DNA of 64,000 bases from the IMG/VR virus record IMGVR_UViG_3300045988_171220, positions 1 to 64,000 of that record; one strand, written 5' to 3'. This document shows, piece after piece, positions 52,301-59,407 of this stretch (position 1 is the stretch's first letter; each line of letters opens with the position of its first letter). Source of the DNA: a virus. The translations under genes were made by a program, and so were the position numbers. Below the pieces are notes generated by a model. It saw nothing but the letters and a program-made list of their open reading frames with translations, was not told where the DNA came from and searched no databases.

Positions 52301-55300
52301 GGCATGGGATTAAAGTCAATAACTACTTCTTTATCACTATCCAAAGTAAGATTTCCATTTACAGGAATCCAATTCTGTTTTTCGACCAAATAAGAATAAC
52401 TACCGCCTAACAAATCATTAAAAACAGCTTTACCATCTGTTCCTGTCCTTCTACTTTGTGAAACTACCAATGCGTTTTCATCCGATCTTTCGTTTGACAC
52501 CAAAGTAACGTTTGCACCTTCTACTGCGCCAGTAGAAGCATTTGTTACTGTAAATGTTAAATCATAAAGCGGAATCAAAATCATTTCAACCGGTTCAGAT
52601 TGATCATCCTGTACATTGATATTCTTGTTTATGGTATAATATCCATCTTTTGTGACAGTGTAAGGGTAAAGACCGGGGAAAGCATAAAACACCGCATTAC
52701 CATAAGAATCCGTATTTTTAAACTCTCCATTAAAAACTATCTGTGCACCAGAAATAGGAAGTCCTTGTTCATTCCTTACAATGAAAGTGATTTTTCTTTC
52801 GTAAATATCACCTTGCAACAAGATATATTCGATTTGAGTGTCCTCTTCATCTTCCAAAACCGATAAAAGATAATCTTTTATCGGTAAGAACAAGTTTTTC
52901 TCCACATCAACAGAATAATCACCGGGGAACAAAACTATATCAGCTTCCCCGTTTCTATTGGTTGTAAGAACATCTTCCAGAATGGAAATTTTTGCTCCCT
53001 CAATATAAGAACCCCTATCAGAAATAACTTTGAAAATAACTTTCTTTTGAACCAAAGGACGTATTTCGTTATCTCCTATTATGTTTTTGTAAGCAACCAA
53101 ATAGGTTTCCATAAAGTCTTTTACACCTTCATTACTTACCAAAGAGTTGTTTTTATAATAGGCGGCTATCACATCCTTTTCTCCCAAATGCCCTTGATAA
53201 AACGGCAAGAAAATAGGTTTTATCTTGATATCATAGACATAAACACTGCTTGATGTTTGCGATCTGTCTTGGGTGAGAGAAAGTGATAAATAAGAGGTTC
53301 CTTCTTTCATTTGAAGTCCTCTGCCGTATAGGAAGTTCAAATCCACCGGACTTGCATAAGCTCTGTCTTTTCTTGACAAAATACCTCTACATTCATAATA
53401 AACGCCCGCAAATGGCAATCTTAAAATACCATCTGTTACAGGAGCCTGTGAAGTTGTAATTTTACTTACTTCATTTATATTCAGAACCCAACTGTCAAGG
53501 CTACCCGTAGAAGCAGACGTAACTTCAATATATTCCATAAACACCATACCGGCAGGTATGTCGTATTTTGTGTCATACAAAGTCATTTCTACAGGGATAT
53601 TCCCGCCTTCAATTGTTACAGTTTCGATTGTTGTTTCCTGTGTCTGGTGCCATACTTTTCTCGTTAATGTAATAGGATACCTAAAACTGGGAATCCAAAA
53701 AGAATAAGTTACCGGCATAGGTTCAGCCGTAGAAGCTATCATTTCCGGCGGAAGCCCTTCATCCGTAATATTAGCAAGAACCCTCATAAGGATTTCGTCA
53801 TTAATAGCTCCCGTTGTGTTTCGTTTATACTGTAGCGAAGCAAAATCTCTTGCCGTTGGCAAATAAATTTCAACAGTTTGTCCTTCTTTTGGAGAATCCA
53901 AAGCATCTGACAATAAATTGCCCGGATTCTCCAAACTTCCTGCATAAAATTCGTTCATTACAATAGGAAGGGAAGCCTCTGAATCTGCAACAACAGATAA
54001 AGTGGCTGTAGTCGGATATGTCGTAACTGTGTCAGGTTTTTTGGTATAAAGTCCAATCAAAACGGCTCCTGTAAAATTAGGCAAATCCAAAGAAAAAGGA
54101 TTAGAATCAATATAATAAGCATACTGCTTTCCTGACGCAGATATTATAGATAGTATCGCCCCATAATCGCTTGAATCAAACCCACCCAATTGAAAGACAC
54201 CTTTAGGGCTAATAACGTGACTTACGTCCATATTAGCAAGGATGATCATAGGGAAGCCACCTGACAAAACATATTCTTTACTGGCAATAGGGGATGGCGA
54301 TCCTTCTGTTAAAAGACTAAAATTCTCTATTTTTAGTTCATGGTCTGTAGCCGTAAAATCCCCGGTCACAGCAACACCCTCCATTTCTTCCCCTCCAATA
54401 AGTGTTCCATCTTGTTGGAAGAAGAAAAACATATTGTTGAATCCGTACCCGCTATCACCCTCCAAAGTAGGATTATCGAGATTAGGAAATTGTTCTATCA
54501 AATCCGTACTGAAAGAATAATCGTATTGTGGATCTCCATCTCCTTCCGGTATGAAATTAGTGCTTTCTACATTTCCATAAGATTCTTTACAAACTATCCC
54601 CTGTTTGTCTTTGTTAAAGACTTCAACACCAAACTTCAAATTTTGATTATTAACAGAAGATGATTTTACCTTAAAAGAAAGCTGATAAGTCAAATTTTCA
54701 GATACAGGAAGTAACTTTGATTTGTCCTCTGCCGAAGATATACCCACTAAACTATTTCCCACAAAAGTCATAGCTTGAATAGGATTTCCATCATTGTCAA
54801 TATCGCTTACCACAACCACACCGGTAGGATTGACCAAAGGATAAGCATTCAAATCTGTTATACTTTCTGTTGTCTCATATCCTTTGGTAACGTTTAAAAC
54901 AGTATCGGTTCTGTTCCATGTGGGGGAACTGTACCCCATTGTCCATCCTGTGTCACGTGACATCAAAAGAGCAAAAATAAATTCTTCTTCCGACTTGTAC
55001 CGGATAAGACGAAGAAGCTCACCGAGTATTGTGCCTTCTTTGTTTACAATATCAATTGTCCCTCTTTTTCGGTATTCCCTTACATAATTATCAAACAGAT
55101 ATTGCATCTGTTCAAGCGTATCAACTTCATCCGTCACAAGTCCTCTGTTTTCAATAAACAATTCAAACAGAATCTTATTTGTATCAATCTCATTGTATTG
55201 CTTTGCATACAATACAACAAGGGCAAATATGTGACAGACTGTTTCCCAATATGCCTTAAAATCCTCACCGTCTTTCTTTATGAAAGTAGGAAGAATGCCG

Positions 55301-55407
55301 GGCGAAGATACTTTTTCAAGTACATTCTCCGCCCATTCCAGTACGGCAGGATCGTTTTCTTCAAAGAACCGTTTGAATACGGTTTTATTGTAGATTTCCT
55401 GTGACAT
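49360..55407 (-). CDS. giant tail fibre / adhesin-like protein (2015 aa): tandem CarboxypepD_reg-like Ig domains plus C-terminal BspA/DUF285-type LRR
   Basis: About 9-10 tandem 80-90-aa repeats of the pattern Y-x-[LV]-T-F-x-V...G-x-P-[LVI]-x-G-A-x-V...T-[DN]-x-x-G...G-x-Y-x-Y (approx 50.8-53.1 kb). The last 412 aa (49363-50598) carry 12 copies of F-x-[GNED]-C-[TKRS]-x-[LIV]. Confidence 0.8.
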   Translation of the reverse strand: MSQEIYNKTVFKRFFEENDPAVLEWAENVLEKVSSPGILPTFIKKDGEDFKAYWETVCHIFALVVLYAKQYNEIDTNKILFELFIENRGLVTDEVDTLEQMQYLFDNYVREYRKRGTIDIVNKEGTILGELLRLIRYKSEEEFIFALLMSRDTGWTMGYSSPTWNRTDTVLNVTKGYETTESITDLNAYPLVNPTGVVVVSDIDNDGNPIQAMTFVGNSLVGISSAEDKSKLLPVSENLTYQLSFKVKSSSVNNQNLKFGVEVFNKDKQGIVCKESYGNVESTNFIPEGDGDPQYDYSFSTDLIEQFPNLDNPTLEGDSGYGFNNMFFFFQQDGTLIGGEEMEGVAVTGDFTATDHELKIENFSLLTEGSPSPIASKEYVLSGGFPMIILANMDVSHVISPKGVFQLGGFDSSDYGAILSIISASGKQYAYYIDSNPFSLDLPNFTGAVLIGLYTKKPDTVTTYPTTATLSVVADSEASLPIVMNEFYAGSLENPGNLLSDALDSPKEGQTVEIYLPTARDFASLQYKRNTTGAINDEILMRVLANITDEGLPPEMIASTAEPMPVTYSFWIPSFRYPITLTRKVWHQTQETTIETVTIEGGNIPVEMTLYDTKYDIPAGMVFMEYIEVTSASTGSLDSWVLNINEVSKITTSQAPVTDGILRLPFAGVYYECRGILSRKDRAYASPVDLNFLYGRGLQMKEGTSYLSLSLTQDRSQTSSSVYVYDIKIKPIFLPFYQGHLGEKDVIAAYYKNNSLVSNEGVKDFMETYLVAYKNIIGDNEIRPLVQKKVIFKVISDRGSYIEGAKISILEDVLTTNRNGEADIVLFPGDYSVDVEKNLFLPIKDYLLSVLEDEEDTQIEYILLQGDIYERKITFIVRNEQGLPISGAQIVFNGEFKNTDSYGNAVFYAFPGLYPYTVTKDGYYTINKNINVQDDQSEPVEMILIPLYDLTFTVTNASTGAVEGANVTLVSNERSDENALVVSQSRRTGTDGKAVFNDLLGGSYSYLVEKQNWIPVNGNLTLDSDKEVVIDFNPMPTYNMVFTVNDYNTFTGEKVPLQGVTVSFAGLTKVTDDNGQASFEGVLGGKYTYDIRYTNDYQRVIVENYEFYGDANLTIDLARLTYKTTIKVIGAGGVALTDATVVIDETHTYTQKDSSGIVLDLPNGTYKAVASYEEYNDKEQSFTVNRAAQTVTIDMSQILYNLTFVVTEDNGSVSNGTRISLNSGEQEGLTNNGQVVFQVPRNLYNWVASKQYFENQVGVVQPNDLPKTVYVAMPRKEVRVQFYVYNSDTGLPVSGASIKPEGLSAQNTGSDGTTTFTMQMGKTYVCEVSVYDYQTTTYSVTVNQESMPQQRVGISNKTYNAHITVKSRNGYNINRAYVTYGGKSGYTNSSGLLTLTGIQSGTYDATCTATNYQSQTKYNVAMSGSDVYIDFVLDYDLTTTYIYLRKENVLQAYASVSVRTTAPDGSTYSNTTEQTNGSGRVTVSSPSGGYVYASASDSQCVSTGEEITDAGGSSIYLYLWKALIVTYSGSPQTPSVSSGVYEIVGSEVRVQAGSRNTSSPGTVRANFKNHTRATTIKQWPESFSIQGSTGTFNIDATGGNPGAFMGCTSLSSIATNAIPSISGGVISWFRGCTSLKSIPQGLFTKMTGNSCAGAFYGSGVTSLPGGQLVPLSCIYHSSMFRECKSLTSCVGSGTFGRGGGEDDFHAVFTDCTALVSTGGLSATSSPFSNATNAKYMQYTFQGCTKIDALPVIWFRNCTNIVSFMGCFVGCTRLRDEWSTAMFSFNTKATNMQSLFENCTYLSIPYGQALPSSVTNASRMFANCRNVTDITSFDVKNGKLQNAASMFESTSVKQVPANFFNGMTTLTNLRRCFANCTSLTSFGWTTNYVGQLSSSLAPINVDRGNQFENTPMDILGNTLDCTEMFSGCTNLSLGTQSAYAISYTSLFARASTPGVGKVNMDRMFYNCSKLATVPVYELSSGSPNYRLITDSTDSSVTSHSQTFYGTNCQNVPSGWK

Positions 55408-55431
55408 TCTAAAAATTTTTGAATTGTTTTG

Positions 55432-56088
55432 TTATACCGTTTCTACATACGTCCCCACAAGGTCTTTTAAATCATGTGAGAGCGGTTGTCCGCTATCGCG
55501 GGTACATTTGTACTTCACGCCGTCTTGCGTGTAAAATTTGCCGTTAAAAATCTCCATAGGCGGTGTATAAGGAATAGGATCATTTTCTGTACCTTCATGA
55601 TCTTCTACAACAACTTTCCAAAGAGAAGCTGTTTCAAGTGATGGCTTCCAGTTTTCCTGTGTTTTGTGACCCTTAGTACACTCCCAAAGAATATTGTCAC
55701 ACTTATATCGTTCTGACACTTTCACATCAATTCCAATCGTCCATTCAGGATAGCGATCTTTTACCTTCAATGCTTTCGAAGGAGTAAGATTGTAAGTGTT
55801 GATTTCCTTTGTTGCTTCCTTATCCAATTCGTTCAAAGCAAGCAATCTACTGAATTGTCTGTTAATTGCTGGTTCTTCTCCTTCTGGATAGCTCCATTCT
55901 TCACTGTTTAAAAGTTCAGACAAAGTTGGATCACTGAAACTGTAACGAGGAAAATCTTCGTCATTAAAAGGAGCAAGGTATTCCTCATGTAAGATCACTT
56001 TACTTTGATCAACACTGGTTCTCATTTCTGGCAATATATCAATTCCATGTGATTTTGCCCAAACTAAATCTACTATTGCGTATCTCAT
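55432..56088 (-). CDS. hypothetical protein with CBM5/12-like carbohydrate-binding motifs
   Basis: YKCDNILWECTKGHKTQENWKPSLETASLWKVV and GKFYTQDGVKYKCTRD resemble the CBM5/12 aromatic pattern. Confidence 0.4.
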   Translation of the reverse strand: MRYAIVDLVWAKSHGIDILPEMRTSVDQSKVILHEEYLAPFNDEDFPRYSFSDPTLSELLNSEEWSYPEGEEPAINRQFSRLLALNELDKEATKEINTYNLTPSKALKVKDRYPEWTIGIDVKVSERYKCDNILWECTKGHKTQENWKPSLETASLWKVVVEDHEGTENDPIPYTPPMEIFNGKFYTQDGVKYKCTRDSGQPLSHDLKDLVGTYVETV

Positions 56089-56119
56089 GATTATTTTCTC
56101 TAATTATTTTATTTCGAAA

Positions 56120-58138
56120 TTATTTTGCTTTTAGTGTTTGTAAGTAGTTATATGCTTTTATGCAATCCTCTTTGGAAAGGACTGTTGGATAGATAGCAAG
56201 ATTTTTGAAAGCGAGTTTTGTGAAGTAGGTATTACCTACATTGCCAATTAAAAGGCTGCTGACAATATCGAACAAATCACCTGAATTCACTTTGGTAGTA
56301 TTCCAATCTTCATCATAAATAGTACCATCTCCTACAGCTCCCAATATTTTATTTATATTTAAAGTAGTATTAATAGAAGTACTATTGATATACACACGAG
56401 CACCAAGTATATTATTATAAAAGTAGATCTGATATATCTTAATTACCCCTGCATTCATATTTTCTTTTTGTATAAATTCCCATTCCCCAACCATTGTCCA
56501 ATCCTTACCCATTAAGAAAGGTGAACTCTGAATCTTATCATCCACACCATCTGTTACCAGATAGCCTTCGTATTCTGGGATTTGTTCTATAGTAATGTCG
56601 CAAGATTCTTGAATCTTTCCAAAAATGAAACCATAAACATTGCCCATTGCAGGAAAATCAAATGACGGCAAATTATAGATACCATCTGTATCTATGCTTA
56701 AATAAGCGCTTGCCCCACCCTCATAATATTGATATCTCAATGTTTGCTCTTCAGTCAAACCAGTAATCTTTACTTTAAAGGCAGAAACAACAAAGGGCTG
56801 TTGACTGCCGGAGGATTGACGGTACAATTGAATAATATTAGCTTGCTTTATGGCTTTAACATTGAATGATTTAGTAGTTTTAGTGGCATCAATTCTATTC
56901 ACATTACCGATATACCACTTAGAGAAATCATCCCCATACAACCCATACCCACTATTCTCTGCAAACCCAAAGTTACTCAATACAAGATTATTACCATTGC
57001 CCGTTATGTTAGCTATGGTAGCCCTGTCGGTATCTTCGTTGGTTTTACCGACTACTGTCCATGCTTGGTCGGGGAATAGCCAGGGATATTCTTGTTTGTA
57101 GTAGTCTTGGATTTTTTGGAGTTCTTCTTCGGTGGCGTCGTGATCGAGGATACAAATTTCCCAAACGACTGCGTTGACATAATAGCTTCTGCTCCCCATT
57201 CTCCCTACATAAAAAATATCAACTCCTTTTTCTAAAGAACCAATATTTATAGCTTTACCATTATATGAAGTAGATGTTTGATATGTGAAAGGCATAGAAC
57301 GCGTACCTGATTCAACGATAGTATAGCCACCAAAACTGAATGAACTTTTAGAATCCCCGTTAAAATCCTCAAAGACAAAAGCGCCATCAGTCCTACTGTT
57401 TCCATTCGTCATCAAACCATAAAATAGATTATCGTTAGGTGTGGTTATCCACTGTCTCAACGCCACAACCGTATAACCCTTTTCTTTAGTCAGAATAGGG
57501 AAGTTCTCACAGACACCATAATCGTCTACTCCGTCAAAGACAAGAGCGCCGGGGTAGAGGGGGAGTTGCTCGATGGTGATGTCACAGGATTCTTGAATTT
57601 TATTTAATTGAAAACCATAAAAACCACCATTAGCGGAAAATTCAAATTCAGGTAATCTATAAATCCCATCCTCTTTTATATTTAAAATCAAACCATTAGA
57701 TGATCTATAATCAATATTTTGACCTTCCATCAATCCACTTACTTTAACACTATAAGAAGGAACTGTAAATGAGGGCTGGCTACCATAAGCTTGATAATAA
57801 AGCTGAACACCATTAATCTTAACAGAGGTTACATTGATAAAATTACCTGTATAAAAGATATCAGCCCTACTTGAAGCGTAAGTCCAACGATTGCCTTTAT
57901 AGTTTTGTTCGTACCCATTTACTCCGGACATCCCTGCCCAACCAAAGTTCTTCATCTGTAAATCATGTCCATTACCTGTAAGGTCTTTCCATACAGGGTT
58001 CTCTGCCATTTGTTCATTAGTAAGACCTAATGCTGAATATCTTGCAATCATACCGGGAATATAAGGGAAGGGCATACCGCCGCCTCCCCCAAACCTTCTT
58101 CTAAAAGGAATTGCGTTTATGTTTCCTAATAGCATCAT
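56120..58138 (-). CDS. tail-associated protein with two tandem LamG/ConA-like lectin halves (672 aa)
   Basis: Two homologous halves each carry ..TGNG..L....FG[WF]A..SG.. and IQESCDITIEQ[LI]P.Y.G.LV.DGVDD. Confidence 0.65.
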   Translation of the reverse strand: MMLLGNINAIPFRRRFGGGGGMPFPYIPGMIARYSALGLTNEQMAENPVWKDLTGNGHDLQMKNFGWAGMSGVNGYEQNYKGNRWTYASSRADIFYTGNFINVTSVKINGVQLYYQAYGSQPSFTVPSYSVKVSGLMEGQNIDYRSSNGLILNIKEDGIYRLPEFEFSANGGFYGFQLNKIQESCDITIEQLPLYPGALVFDGVDDYGVCENFPILTKEKGYTVVALRQWITTPNDNLFYGLMTNGNSRTDGAFVFEDFNGDSKSSFSFGGYTIVESGTRSMPFTYQTSTSYNGKAINIGSLEKGVDIFYVGRMGSRSYYVNAVVWEICILDHDATEEELQKIQDYYKQEYPWLFPDQAWTVVGKTNEDTDRATIANITGNGNNLVLSNFGFAENSGYGLYGDDFSKWYIGNVNRIDATKTTKSFNVKAIKQANIIQLYRQSSGSQQPFVVSAFKVKITGLTEEQTLRYQYYEGGASAYLSIDTDGIYNLPSFDFPAMGNVYGFIFGKIQESCDITIEQIPEYEGYLVTDGVDDKIQSSPFLMGKDWTMVGEWEFIQKENMNAGVIKIYQIYFYNNILGARVYINSTSINTTLNINKILGAVGDGTIYDEDWNTTKVNSGDLFDIVSSLLIGNVGNTYFTKLAFKNLAIYPTVLSKEDCIKAYNYLQTLKAK

Positions 58139-58156
58139 ACCGCCGCCTCCCCCTTT

Positions 58157-58483
58157 TTAAATCCCAATACTCAAAGAAGAAACAGTCGTACCCTCTTTCA
58201 CAATTTTCTGAACCATGTACATAAGAGGATTGCCGATATTTGCATTCACTTCGGCTTCTGAAATAGTATATTCCATGCCACCGGCAAGAATCACTTTAAT
58301 TGTACCTGCCACAAGAGGAATAATAACAAAAGAAACCGGTTGACCGTTTTGGTCGATAAGTGTTATATCTTCATCAATAGAAGCAAAATTCCATGCACTA
58401 CTGATTAGCGAAGGTGCTGCATCACCATTATTAGTTATCAGCTTATTGGAGTTAGCTGTTACTGTTCTTTTTATAATATTCAT
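58157..58483 (-). CDS. hypothetical protein (108 aa)
   Basis: The ORF is in the same frame as the downstream 672-aa ORF, separated by one TAA plus 6 codons. Confidence 0.5.
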   Translation of the reverse strand: MNIIKRTVTANSNKLITNNGDAAPSLISSAWNFASIDEDITLIDQNGQPVSFVIIPLVAGTIKVILAGGMEYTISEAEVNANIGNPLMYMVQKIVKEGTTVSSLSIGI

Positions 58484-58584
58484 GATTGTAAAAATTTTAA
58501 ACGTTTAAAATATTGTCTAAGTATATACTACCCACAAAGATAATCTTTTCTCAACAAACATAGCAAACGCATATCTTTTTCTTT

Positions 58585-58625
58585 TTACAAATACATCTCC
58601 CTCCTTTTAGTAGGGAGAGGGGGAG
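58585..58625. repeat. left 41-nt inverted repeat of the putative invertible fibre cassette
   Basis: TTACAAATACATCTCCCTCCTTTTAGTAGGGAGAGGGGGAG is the exact reverse complement of 60175-60215. Internal dyad TCTCCCT-N9-AGGGAGA. Confidence 0.9.
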
Positions 58626-59350
58626 TTGGTAAAAATACTGACAACGCTCCTAATGCACCTCAATGGATTGGTGGTTGTATGGGTGGAGATGGCGGTATGA
58701 TCGCTTACAAAAAAAACATAATAACTTCCAGTGACGGTGTTGGTGGTATGGGTTGGATTACTCAAATAGACTTTAGACACAGTATGTCCGGTTCATCTTC
58801 TCCCGGTTTGTATGTTCGTTACAATCAAAGTTTAGGAAATGAAATAACCGCCTTTTTAGGCGATATGTCCAACGGACAGGATCACAGACAGGATTATTGG
58901 GAATTTGCTTTAAATGGAGAAACAGATAGTGATCTTTTCGTTTATGGAAGAACAGAAGGCGGTCTTGCAACTTCTGTTTTAACAGCCGGTAGTGGTGGTA
59001 CTTATGGAAGTGGCGAACAAACTACATCTACTGTTTCAACTATGCAAGGCGGAGAAGGTGGTGACGGAAGACTTGGAACACAAGGTCCAGATTATAACAC
59101 CGGAATTAGAGCAAGTGAAACCATTCCTATCCAGTCTGTATTTGGTGGTATAGGAACCGGTGGGTTAAGTTACTTCACTTCTACTACGAATTGTAAAGCC
59201 AGTGGTGGAGGTGGTTATGGAGAAGCAAATCCAAATGGATCGGCGGGATATGGAGCCGGTGGAACTTGTTTTAAAATAGGAAGTGGAACAAATGATTACA
59301 ACAAAGGTGCAGGTATTGTTTGTATCTATTACCACAACAATCCTATTTAA
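58586..59350 (+). CDS. start-less alternative tail-fibre C-terminal cassette (glycine-rich tip paralog)
   Basis: The frame is open from 58544 with no ATG before 58679. It reads YKYISLLLVGRGG through the repeat and ends GAGIVCIYYHNNPI, paralogous to the fibre end GDGIVCLYYHNEPI. Confidence 0.65.
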   Translation, partial: YKYISLLLVGRGGVGKNTDNAPNAPQWIGGCMGGDGGMIAYKKNIITSSDGVGGMGWITQIDFRHSMSGSSSPGLYVRYNQSLGNEITAFLGDMSNGQDHRQDYWEFALNGETDSDLFVYGRTEGGLATSVLTAGSGGTYGSGEQTTSTVSTMQGGEGGDGRLGTQGPDYNTGIRASETIPIQSVFGGIGTGGLSYFTSTTNCKASGGGGYGEANPNGSAGYGAGGTCFKIGSGTNDYNKGAGIVCIYYHNNPI

Positions 59351-59374
59351 ATAACTGAATATCAATAAATTAAA

Positions 59375-59398
59375 AGGGAGAGTGTTTAAGCTCTCCCT
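59375..59398. terminator. bidirectional rho-independent terminator between the convergent cassettes
   Basis: AGGGAGAG (59375-59382) pairs with CTCTCCCT (59391-59398). Flanked by AAAA on the 5' side and ATTTTGTTTTT on the 3' side. Confidence 0.7.
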
Positions 59399-59407
59399 AT
59401 TTTGTTT

